Source: Candidatus Colwellbacteria bacterium
GTDB lineage: Bacteria > Patescibacteriota > Minisyncoccia > UBA6257 > Colwellbacteraceae
Direction of reading: 5' to 3'
DNA length: 64,000 nt
Assembly (NCBI GenBank): GCA_027448785.1
Contig: DAIDMW010000001.1
Coordinates: 1,668 to 65,667, forward strand
The position numbers and the translations under genes are program-made. The notes beneath the pieces are model-generated. The model ran no database searches. It saw only the letters and a list, made by a program, of their open reading frames with translations, and had not been told where the DNA came from. Below are positions 53,644-62,163 of this stretch, piece after piece; positions within the stretch are counted from its first letter, which is position 1, and each line of letters begins with the position of its first letter.

Positions 53644-55801
53644 GCTTCTTTCATTAATAGCGAATGCTTTTCGCGCGCGCCGTTTTTTGGTGGCTTTCAT
53701 TGCGTGGTCGCTTCTGCCGTTGCCAATAGGTCAGGCCAGCAGCTTCTACTCCTGGTCGTCATTCCCTTTTTTGCAGGAGTTTAATAGCACCGAGGAGTTT
53801 GTCTCAAACGTCTGGCACGGGATTTTTTCCCCTTCAGAACCGAGCACTTTCATTTCAACGTCAGAGTTTTTGATTAGCCCTGTTCCGCTTTCTACTCCTG
53901 CTTTGCCTCGCGGCAGCGATTCTTTTTCGGTAATCCAAGGAGGCAAAGTCTGGCCGAAAATAATTAGAGCGGACATTAATCCAGTCGATGCACATATTAA
54001 CGACGTCCAACACTTATCGGTGACGCTCGAGTCTCCGGTTGAAATCAAATCGGTGCAGGCGATAATCTACACCGATCATAGACAGGTCGAGGTTGATTTG
54101 GCCGAGTCCTCCGCACCGGAGTCTGTTAATCAACCGAGTCGATACGCCTTGAATAACAGGAATGGATTAAGGCTAAAAAGCGGAGAAGATTTAGGTGTTA
54201 AAAGCGCGGCGGCTGAGGAGTTGTTAAAAACCTTTTATTTTTCCGGATCCTGGAAGGTTGAAGATACGCATAATGCTTCGTACCAAACTAAGCTTGTCGC
54301 CACCGATGTTCTGGGCCGTAGCAGCTCGGTCGCCCTAGCCTGGTCCGACGCCTGCGGCATTCCCAACGACGGAAGCTATACTTTGTCTTCCAACTGCACC
54401 ATCTCCTCGGTGGACGGCGTGGATAACGGAGATCTAGTTATAGCAACCGGAACGACACTAACCCTAAACTCGACTTTCGCTTACAATCCGGGGAAAACGG
54501 TTACGCTCAACGGAGCGGTGGCGATCGGCAGTGGAGGACAATTTAAAAAAACCTACTTATGGATGATTGATGGAGATGCCGACGGATATGCGTCTAATTC
54601 CATCCAATATGCGCAGGATTCCGCGCCGGCCGGCGGTCGGAGGAGATACATGCTCGTAACCTCGCAATATGATTGCAATGACGTCAACGCCTCCATTTAT
54701 CCGGGCGTAATAACATCTTCCGGATCCTGCGGCTCCTGTACTTACTCGGCGACCTGTGCCAATGTTGGTAGCGGTTCCTACTCATACACTTATTGCTCTA
54801 GCAACGGAAGTTATACTAGCGCCTCAGGGTCGTGTACCTGCACTCGTGATACTACCGGAGCCGTCTGCAGTAGTTGGTCGTCCTGTTCCGGTTCTTATCC
54901 GAGCTGCACCGGCACACAAACCGCTTCTGTTTGCTCAGCGGGAACGTGTAGTGGCACCATATCGCAAAGCTGCAACCTGGCCAATGGCACGTTTTGCAGC
55001 GGATGGTCTGCGTGCTCAGGCACGATTCCCTCGGGGTCGTGTAGCGCTTCCGGAACACAAGCAGCTTCAACTTGCAGTAACGGATCTTGTAGTGGCTCGA
55101 CTTCTCAAAGCTGTGTCCTAACTGCTACTAATGGCACGCTGTGCGGCAGTTATGGGTCTTGTTCCGGTTCTGTGGCCTACCCGAATTGTTCTGCGTCCGG
55201 AATACAAACCGCACCGACTTGCAACAGCGGATCCTGCAGCGGCTCGACCTCTAGAAGTTGCGTTGTTTATGCCTCGTTCGGCACGAGCTGTGGGTCGACC
55301 TCTTACGGAACTTGCGGCTCCTGCACATATTCTTCTACTTGCACCAATATTGGAAGCGGAACACAAAGCTACACAAGTTATGCATGCAACGGCTCCGGAT
55401 CATGTATCTCCGGCTCCGGCACGCAAAGCTGCTCTTGCACCAGAAACACCAGTGGCACAGCTTGCGGAAGTTATAGCGTCAGTGCTTGTAGCGGAAGCAG
55501 TTATTGTTCGACCGCCAATTACGTTTGTAGCAGCGGCTCGTGTTCGTTTAGTTCATATTCCGGGTGCACCGCCTGCACTTGCGGCTGCTCTTGCGGCACA
55601 AGTAGCTGCGGCTGCAGTACTGTTTATAATTGTAGTCGTTGCAGCGACACTTATGCTTGCCAATACGCTAGTTTTAACAGCTGTTCCAGCGCCTGCACTA
55701 GTCCGTTTAACGTCAGCTACTCCTTTAGCAGCGGGTGTGCCTCTCTTTGTGGTAGCGGTTATTGCAGCAGCGCTTGCAATAGCTGTGGACCATGTCCGTA
55801 G
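53636..55801 (+). CDS. large secreted Cys/Ser/Gly/Thr-rich protein with MopE-like DxDxDG...DCND putative metal-binding motif (module 1, gene B)
   Basis: Signal peptide, conserved core (LAWSDACGIPNDGSY...YLWMIDGDADGY...DCNDVNASIYPG), then ~370 aa of C/S/G/T low-complexity with ~35-aa internal repeats. TTG start overlaps the upstream stop. Confidence 0.5.
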   Translation: MNKLLSLIANAFRARRFLVAFIAWSLLPLPIGQASSFYSWSSFPFLQEFNSTEEFVSNVWHGIFSPSEPSTFISTSEFLISPVPLSTPALPRGSDSFSVIQGGKVWPKIIRADINPVDAHINDVQHLSVTLESPVEIKSVQAIIYTDHRQVEVDLAESSAPESVNQPSRYALNNRNGLRLKSGEDLGVKSAAAEELLKTFYFSGSWKVEDTHNASYQTKLVATDVLGRSSSVALAWSDACGIPNDGSYTLSSNCTISSVDGVDNGDLVIATGTTLTLNSTFAYNPGKTVTLNGAVAIGSGGQFKKTYLWMIDGDADGYASNSIQYAQDSAPAGGRRRYMLVTSQYDCNDVNASIYPGVITSSGSCGSCTYSATCANVGSGSYSYTYCSSNGSYTSASGSCTCTRDTTGAVCSSWSSCSGSYPSCTGTQTASVCSAGTCSGTISQSCNLANGTFCSGWSACSGTIPSGSCSASGTQAASTCSNGSCSGSTSQSCVLTATNGTLCGSYGSCSGSVAYPNCSASGIQTAPTCNSGSCSGSTSRSCVVYASFGTSCGSTSYGTCGSCTYSSTCTNIGSGTQSYTSYACNGSGSCISGSGTQSCSCTRNTSGTACGSYSVSACSGSSYCSTANYVCSSGSCSFSSYSGCTACTCGCSCGTSSCGCSTVYNCSRCSDTYACQYASFNSCSSACTSPFNVSYSFSSGCASLCGSGYCSSACNSCGPCP

Positions 55802-55877
55802 AGTTATCCACTATTTACACAGCTACGCGCATTTTATATCCTTAAATCATAAGGTTGTTTTTCTTATCGCTTAAGAA

Positions 55878-56597
55878 ATGAAAAACAAGTCGATAGGCTA
55901 TTTGTTAACCTCGCTTTTGACGGCGGTTTTCGCCGCTCTTCTTTTTAATACGGCTTACGGGTTTAATTCCCCAGCATCCACTCCGCCGAACGGTAATCCT
56001 GGGCCGATTCCCGTTGCCGATGGTGGAACTAACGCTACAACTACCGCCCAGGCTTTAGCCGATCTTGGCGCGGCGGCTTCCGGAGCCAATACCGACATTA
56101 CTTCGCTGTCTCCGTCTAACGGCAGCGCACTGCAAATCGGCAGCGCCGGCTTGGTGGTTGGCGGCGGAACGGGAAAGATAACCGTTGGAACGATCGATCC
56201 AATATTTCGCATCGATGGAAAACAGTATGCAACATATGCTCCCGACATGACCGGGGTTAAAGAAGAGACCACCGGAGTTTTAAACCTAAGCTGCAAAAAC
56301 GGGGTTTGTTCGAATGCGATTGATTTTTCTAACCTGCCTAATGGCAGTAATTTATGGATTTTCAGGCGCGCCAGCAATTTTGGAACCAACTGGGAAGGTT
56401 TGACAGTCAATCTAACGCCGGGATTCGACGGCCGCGTCTGGTATGAAAAGAATTATATGCAAGATAAGTTGGTCGTCCTCGGTTCATCCTCGGGGGAAGT
56501 CTCTTACAGCTTATCTGCTCCGCGTTTCGATGCTTCGCTTTGGCCAAACCAACCGAAAGGGTTAACGCCGGGAGAGGGATTATTTATACCAAACTGA
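55878..56597 (+). CDS. secreted tail-fibre-like N-domain protein (module 2, gene A; paralog of 52819..53643)
   Basis: NATTTAQALADLGAAASGANTDITSLSP and a conserved C-terminal half (TYAPDMTGVKEE...LTPGFDGRVWYEKNY). Confidence 0.5.
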   Translation: MKNKSIGYLLTSLLTAVFAALLFNTAYGFNSPASTPPNGNPGPIPVADGGTNATTTAQALADLGAAASGANTDITSLSPSNGSALQIGSAGLVVGGGTGKITVGTIDPIFRIDGKQYATYAPDMTGVKEETTGVLNLSCKNGVCSNAIDFSNLPNGSNLWIFRRASNFGTNWEGLTVNLTPGFDGRVWYEKNYMQDKLVVLGSSSGEVSYSLSAPRFDASLWPNQPKGLTPGEGLFIPN

Positions 56598-56612
56598 GTT
56601 TAGTAAACCTCT

Positions 56613-58352
56613 ATGCATAAAGATATCTTTAGTTTTCGACGATACTTTACCGCCTTGGCTTTAAGTTTTTCTTTATTAGGTTTACCTTTTAACTTTACCT
56701 CTCAGCCAGCATTACAAGCAGCCGAGAGCGGAAATGTTTTTAGTGGCGTAGAATCTTTTTTTAATAATGTTTGGCAAGGCTTGTTTCCAAAGCCGGCGGT
56801 CCAGGAAACAACAGCCGTCGTCCAACCGGCTCCGCCTCCGCCGATGCCGACAGGGAAGAATAGTCCGCTCTTGCCGCTTTCCCCGGCCAAGCCCACCCTG
56901 CCGCAGGGAGACCAAACCTACCGAATCGTACAAGGAGTGAATGTTTGGCCAAAAATACTAACAGCTCAGATCAATCCCGTTGATGTCGAGGTCGGTAACA
57001 CCCAGACTTTCAACTTAACTATCGAGACGCCGGTTGCCATCTCCGCGGTTGAGGCGATCATCCAGACCGACCACGGATCGGAACATTTGATGCTTAAGAA
57101 GACCAGCGCGGCCGCCACAGCGACAGTTTCATCACCTGATTTATATCTAAACCAGAAAAATCAAATCGTTCTCGGCCAGCCCAGCGGAGGATTGTTACCG
57201 GTGGCTGAAGCAAGCCAGCAGTTGTACACCGAAGACTTCGCCGGCTCGTGGCAAGTCAAGGACACGCACAATAGCACCTATCACACGACATTTCTCGCCA
57301 CCGACGTTCTGGGTCGCAGCAGCTCGGTTACTCTAGCCTGGTCAGATGCTTGCGGGATTCCCAATGGCGGAAGTTACAATCTTTCTTCCAACTGCACCAT
57401 TTCATCGGTGGACGGCGTGGATAACGGCAGCTTTACCGTCGCTTCCGGATATACGCTAACTCTCGATTCAACTTTTGCTTTCAATCCCGGACAGAATATC
57501 ACGGTCAACGGGAGTATAGCTTTCGGGAGTGGAGGGCAGATTGAGAAGACTTATCTTTGGATGATCGACTCCGATGCAGACGGCTATGCCGCTAACTCGA
57601 CGGAATATGCTCAAGCGACAGCGCCGGCCGGAGGCCGAAGAAGGTATTTGCTGGTGACCGGCGAGTATGATTGCAACGATTCCAATGCTTCTATTTATCC
57701 AGGCGTAGTAACGTCGGTTGGCGCTTGCGGGTCTTGTAGCTACTCCTCGAGTTGCACGAATTCCGGCAGCGGAACCGACTCTTACACAGAGTGTACCGCA
57801 AGCGGAGCATATCAGACTTACAGCGGATCTTGCTCTTGTTCGAGAAACACCAATGGGGTGTCGTGCGGATCTAGTTGCGGTGTTTGGGGTTCGTGTGTTG
57901 CCAGTGGTTCTAGTGGAAGCGCGTATTGTAATGGTGTGGAAAGTCAAACTTGCACCAGTTACGCCTGCTCTAGTGGCAGTTGTGTTGCCAGCAGTAACTA
58001 CACCAACACCCAGTCGTGCGGAGCGGTTAACAACGGTTCGTCTTGCGAACCATCAACCACGGCCTGTTCCGGATCTAGTGCCGTCTATACATACGTTCAC
58101 GTTTGTAGTAGCGGATCGTGCGTGCAAAACACGGTTGGACCAACAACTTGCACTTGTGGATGCAGCAACGGAAGTTGTACGCCGGTTTATCCTTGTGGTC
58201 GTTGTAGTAATAATGTTGCTTGTTCATATGCAACATTTGACTCTTGCAATTCATCTTGCAGTAGCCCGTTCAATATAAGCTACTCGCAAAACAACGGTTG
58301 CACCGGGTTATGCGGCGGAAAGGGTTGCTGTTCTGGCGCCTGCTGCCCATAA
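56613..58352 (+). CDS. large secreted Cys-rich MopE-like protein (module 2, gene B; paralog of 53636..55801)
   Basis: Shares VWPKI..INPVD, LAWSDACGIPNGGSY, YLWMIDSDADGYAANS..DCNDSNASIYPG and a C-terminal Cys-rich tail ending SPFNISYS...CCP. Confidence 0.5.
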   Translation: MHKDIFSFRRYFTALALSFSLLGLPFNFTSQPALQAAESGNVFSGVESFFNNVWQGLFPKPAVQETTAVVQPAPPPPMPTGKNSPLLPLSPAKPTLPQGDQTYRIVQGVNVWPKILTAQINPVDVEVGNTQTFNLTIETPVAISAVEAIIQTDHGSEHLMLKKTSAAATATVSSPDLYLNQKNQIVLGQPSGGLLPVAEASQQLYTEDFAGSWQVKDTHNSTYHTTFLATDVLGRSSSVTLAWSDACGIPNGGSYNLSSNCTISSVDGVDNGSFTVASGYTLTLDSTFAFNPGQNITVNGSIAFGSGGQIEKTYLWMIDSDADGYAANSTEYAQATAPAGGRRRYLLVTGEYDCNDSNASIYPGVVTSVGACGSCSYSSSCTNSGSGTDSYTECTASGAYQTYSGSCSCSRNTNGVSCGSSCGVWGSCVASGSSGSAYCNGVESQTCTSYACSSGSCVASSNYTNTQSCGAVNNGSSCEPSTTACSGSSAVYTYVHVCSSGSCVQNTVGPTTCTCGCSNGSCTPVYPCGRCSNNVACSYATFDSCNSSCSSPFNISYSQNNGCTGLCGGKGCCSGACCP

Positions 58353-58359
58353 TATTAGC

Positions 58360-59004
58360 GTGCGAAAAATAATCGGCATCGACGAGGTTGGAAGAGGAGC
58401 GTTGGCCGGACCGGTGGTGGTTGCGGCCGTGATGATTCCCGAAAAGTATTTTCCACGCCCACCGAAAAGTTTAAAGCTGCCGCCGCTTCGCGATTCGAAA
58501 AAATTAACCAAGCGCGGCCGGGAAGCGTGGTCGGAGTATTTAAAAACCGATCCGCGGATCGAATGGCGTTTGGCGCGCGTTTATCCGGAAAAAATCGACA
58601 AACTAAACATCTCTCGCGCCGCCAATCTGGCTGCCACCAACGCCTTAAAACGTCTCCTGCAAAATATCAACTATCGGAACGATCGTTCCGATAGTTGTCT
58701 GGTAAAAGTGTTTTTAGACGGAGGATTGTATGTTTCCGAAGGAAAAATTGCGAACTTCCGCGCGAGACGAAGAAAATTAACCGTTAAAACCGTAATTAAG
58801 GGCGACGAGAAATACACTTCCGTAAAACTAGCCTCGATAATCGCCAAAGTTCACCGCGATCACTACCTAATGAAGTTAAAAAACAGATATCCACACTTTA
58901 GCTTCGACGTTCACAAGGGTTACGGAACAAAAAAACACATCGAAGAAATAAAAAAATTCGGAGCTAGCGATGTTCATCGCAAAAATTTCTTGAAAAACCT
59001 TTGA
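58360..59004 (+). CDS. rnhB: ribonuclease HII
   Basis: IGIDEVGRGALAGPVVVAAV catalytic N-terminus. GTG start, TGA stop. Confidence 0.85.
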   Translation: MRKIIGIDEVGRGALAGPVVVAAVMIPEKYFPRPPKSLKLPPLRDSKKLTKRGREAWSEYLKTDPRIEWRLARVYPEKIDKLNISRAANLAATNALKRLLQNINYRNDRSDSCLVKVFLDGGLYVSEGKIANFRARRRKLTVKTVIKGDEKYTSVKLASIIAKVHRDHYLMKLKNRYPHFSFDVHKGYGTKKHIEEIKKFGASDVHRKNFLKNL

Positions 59005-59030
59005 CATGTTTTAATTTGTTTTTGTATAAT
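59001..59030 (+). promoter_or_regulatory. near-consensus sigma70 promoter TTGACA-18-TATAAT
   Basis: ttgaca tgttttaatttgtttttg tataat, ~72 nt upstream of the small basic ORF. Confidence 0.55.
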
Positions 59031-59102
59031 TAAAACGTAATAAAATTTTCGCAAAAAATATCCGACACACAAAGGTCGAGAAGAAAAAAAGATTGCATTG
59101 AA

Positions 59103-59228
59103 ATGGCAGCTAAGAAAAAAGCTCCGGCTCGTCGCAAGACGGTCGCTAAGAAGACCACTAAGAAGGTCGTAAAGAAGACCGCCAAGAGGACCGCTGCGAA
59201 GAGGCCGGCTAAGAGGAAGAGCCGGTAA
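59103..59228 (+). CDS. 41-aa Lys/Ala-rich highly basic protein (histone H1/Hc-like tail), not in ORF track
   Basis: MAAKKKAPARRKTVAKKTTKKVVKKTAKRTAAKRPAKRKSR translated manually. Flanked by a consensus promoter and an intrinsic terminator. Confidence 0.55.
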   Translation: MAAKKKAPARRKTVAKKTTKKVVKKTAKRTAAKRPAKRKSR

Positions 59229-59240
59229 GGCTCAACTAAA

Positions 59241-59272
59241 ACAAGGAGCGAGTAATCGCTCCTTGTTTTTAT
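59241..59272 (+). terminator. rho-independent terminator
   Basis: caaggagcg-agtaat-cgctccttg followed by ttttt. Confidence 0.65.
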
Positions 59273-59296
59273 TTCCTCCCGAGTTATAAATAAATT

Positions 59297-59806
59297 ATGA
59301 GTAAAAAAACAATTACTATCGTATTTCCAGCGATAATTTTAGTTCTAGCTGTCGTCGTTTTCTTCGCCGCGAGGAGTATGAGCGTTAAAAACAACATAAC
59401 CGGAACCCCGATATCCGAAGGGAACTACGGCTCTACCTCGACTACCTCCACCGCCTTAACTGCAACGCCGGGAACCTCTTTGTTTATGGTCGAATCGACC
59501 AGTGGACAGAGCTATCTAGCCGACGGGAACGGGATGACGCTATACGCTTTCAACCGCGATAGCGCCGGAACGAGCTCCTGCTACGGCCAGTGCGCCATTA
59601 TTTGGCCGCCTTACCTTATAAATTCTACCAGTTCGGCGCAGAACTTGCCGTCCGCGGCTGGATATATAACCCGTACCGACGGCACGATCCAGCTGACTTG
59701 GAACGGAAAGCCGCTTTACTATTACTCTAAAGATCAAAACCCTGGCGAAATGCTGGGTAACGGATTCGATGGCTTGTGGCACATCGTGCCAGTCAGCGGA
59801 CTTTAG
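59297..59806 (+). CDS. secreted COG4315-like protein with two Yx(FWY)xxD-type repeats
   Basis: Signal peptide. GMTLYAFNRDS...CYGQC and GKPLYYYSKDQNPGEMLGNG match the lipoprotein Y-x-[FWY] repeat family pattern. Confidence 0.45.
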   Translation: MSKKTITIVFPAIILVLAVVVFFAARSMSVKNNITGTPISEGNYGSTSTTSTALTATPGTSLFMVESTSGQSYLADGNGMTLYAFNRDSAGTSSCYGQCAIIWPPYLINSTSSAQNLPSAAGYITRTDGTIQLTWNGKPLYYYSKDQNPGEMLGNGFDGLWHIVPVSGL

Positions 59807-60146
59807 TTTCTTTATTCAGAACCGCCAAGGCCATAGCGGCCAAGCATAAGGAGAGATCGCGGAACACGATATCCATCGCAAATAAGTTCGACAGGGTAAT
59901 GGCGAGAAGAATCGCGGCGGCGATTAAGCCGGCCCAGAACAACTTCTCGCCACTCATTATCCAGACAGCGAGCAAAATTTCGGCTATGGCGAAAACTACG
60001 AGCCAATCGCGCAGCGGCCACACCTGTCCCAGCCAAGAAGGGAAAAACGCCAACCAAGCGTCGGGGCTCATTAACTCTGAAATGGCCGCATAGCTGAAAG
60101 CGAAAGCCAGAGAAAGTCTTAATAATATGGAGGCCTCCTGTTTCAT
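59793..60146 (-). CDS. DoxX-like small membrane protein
   Basis: 117 aa, four hydrophobic helices, DoxX-like composition. Weak. Confidence 0.35.
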   Translation of the reverse strand: MKQEASILLRLSLAFAFSYAAISELMSPDAWLAFFPSWLGQVWPLRDWLVVFAIAEILLAVWIMSGEKLFWAGLIAAAILLAITLSNLFAMDIVFRDLSLCLAAMALAVLNKETKVR

Positions 60147-60205
60147 CGCAATTGCGCAAGCAAATTATTTTTAATAATAATTATAAACCCCAGCTTGATT
60201 AGAAG

Positions 60206-61447
60206 CTACTCGTATCTCAGCGCCTCGATCGGATTTTTGTCAGCCGCCTGCTTGGCTGGATAGAATCCGAAAATCAGCCCGATCAAAGCCGCCATGGTTA
60301 AGCCTATCAAAGCCGCCGACGCCGGAAAGACGAAACTCCATCCGGTGGGTAACAGGCGGTTGAGCAGCAGAGATATTAGAAACGATATCAACGCCCCAAA
60401 AGCGACGCCGATTACGCCGCCGGCGGCGGTGAGGGTCACGGCTTCCCAGAGGAACTGGCGCATAATGTCGCTTTTAGTGGCGCCGACCGCTTTACGCAAA
60501 CCGATCTCGCGCGTGCGTTCGGTAACCGAGACGAGCATAATGTTCATTATTCCCACCCCGCCGACAATGAGAGATACGGCGGCTACCGCCGAGAGAAGCG
60601 CGGTCAGTATCGAGGTGATGGCGCTCACGCGCGATGCGGCATCCGCTTGGGTGGTGATATGAAAATCGTCTTTGCTCGGATCGGTGATGCCGTGCCGGAA
60701 ACGCAGGACTCTGGTAATATCGGCTACCGTCTGGGGGACATCTTGCTCAGAATCAGCCTCGGTTATTATCCCATTGAAGTACTTTATCCCAAGGAGGTAA
60801 TCCTGGGCGGTGGTATAAGGGATAATAACCATATCGTCGATGTTGAAAAGCGAGACCATTCCTTTTGGAGGAAAAACGCCGACTACTCGGAAGTTCTTGT
60901 TGCGTATTTTAACGGTCTGGCCAACCGGATCGGACAGGCCGAAAAGCTGGCTGGCGACGCGGCTGCCGATGACCGCGACGCTAGCGCGGCTGTTGATGTC
61001 GTCCTGGGTTATCGAACGGCCGTTTATCGGATAAATCTGGAATATGTCCTGCAGTCCCGAGGAGCTGCCCATTATCACCGCATCGCTTTTAATCGTGCTT
61101 TGGTAGGAGACGTTGCCGGGAACGAGCACTATCGGCGTGGCTATCTTCAGATCGGGCACGTTGTTTTTATCCTCAATAGCTGCTAGATCGCTATTCTTCA
61201 ACGAATCCGAGAAGATGCCGGTGATGGCGGATGGGCTGGTCGGAAGATGCCCGGGGTCGATATCGATCATCGCCGGTCCGAAGCTTCTCACTTGATTCAA
61301 GATGCTGGCGGTCGCGCCTTCGCCTACCGACTCGATGATGATGATGGCGGATATGCCGATGACAATTCCCAAGATGGTTAAAATGGAGCGGAGACGATTG
61401 GTGCGAACCCCACGCCAGGCCGATTGCAGAATGTGGTAGAGCTTCAT
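60206..61447 (-). CDS. ABC transporter permease, FtsX/MacB family
   Basis: N-terminal TM, large periplasmic domain, C-terminal 3-TM FtsX fold. Downstream of its ATPase. Confidence 0.8.
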   Translation of the reverse strand: MKLYHILQSAWRGVRTNRLRSILTILGIVIGISAIIIIESVGEGATASILNQVRSFGPAMIDIDPGHLPTSPSAITGIFSDSLKNSDLAAIEDKNNVPDLKIATPIVLVPGNVSYQSTIKSDAVIMGSSSGLQDIFQIYPINGRSITQDDINSRASVAVIGSRVASQLFGLSDPVGQTVKIRNKNFRVVGVFPPKGMVSLFNIDDMVIIPYTTAQDYLLGIKYFNGIITEADSEQDVPQTVADITRVLRFRHGITDPSKDDFHITTQADAASRVSAITSILTALLSAVAAVSLIVGGVGIMNIMLVSVTERTREIGLRKAVGATKSDIMRQFLWEAVTLTAAGGVIGVAFGALISFLISLLLNRLLPTGWSFVFPASAALIGLTMAALIGLIFGFYPAKQAADKNPIEALRYE

Positions 61448-62163
61448 TTTTGGTAATCGTCCAGGTCTTTTTGGCGTGCGACCTGGCGGTCGCTCTCAAC
61501 CTTTCCGTCTTTCAGGAGAATTATTCTCTTGGCGTGCTCGGCGGTGATGGTCTCGTGGGTCACTAAGATGATGGTGCGCCCGCTTTTCCTTTGGAGATTT
61601 TGTAGCAGATCGATGACCACTTGTCCGGATTTTGAATCAAGGTTGCCGGTCGGCTCATCGGCGAAAATCACCGTCGGATCGACGACTAAGGCGCGGGCAA
61701 TCGCCGCCCGCTGCTGTTCTCCGCCGGAGAGCTCCGAGGTTTGATGGTGCGCCCGCTGCGTTAGTCCTACCGCCTCCACGGCTTTTTTGGCCATCTCGTC
61801 CCACTTTTTTTCCGGGATATCAGAGTAATATAGGGGTAGTTTGACGTTCTCATAAACCGAAGTTCTCGGCAGGAGGTTGAATGATTGGAAAACGAAGCCC
61901 ATCTCTCTATTGCGCAGGCGCGACATCTCGTCGTCGGAATAGGCATTAGCCGACCTTCCTTTATATAAGTAATCGCCGCCGGTAGGCTTATCCAAGAATC
62001 CCAGTATGTGCAGAAGGGTCGATTTGCCGGATCCGGAAGGCCCCATAATCGCCACGAACTCGCCCTCTTCGATCTTCAGCGAGACGCCGTCCAGCGCTCT
62101 GGTTTCAATGCCGTCGCCGTATATTTTCGATAAGTTACTGACCTCGATTAGAGCCATGATCAC
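61444..62163 (-). CDS. ABC transporter ATP-binding protein (MacB/LolD-type)
   Basis: Walker A GPSGSGKSTLL, signature LSGGEQQRAAIARAL, Walker B IFADEPTGNLD. Confidence 0.85.
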   Translation of the reverse strand: MIMALIEVSNLSKIYGDGIETRALDGVSLKIEEGEFVAIMGPSGSGKSTLLHILGFLDKPTGGDYLYKGRSANAYSDDEMSRLRNREMGFVFQSFNLLPRTSVYENVKLPLYYSDIPEKKWDEMAKKAVEAVGLTQRAHHQTSELSGGEQQRAAIARALVVDPTVIFADEPTGNLDSKSGQVVIDLLQNLQRKSGRTIILVTHETITAEHAKRIILLKDGKVESDRQVARQKDLDDYQK

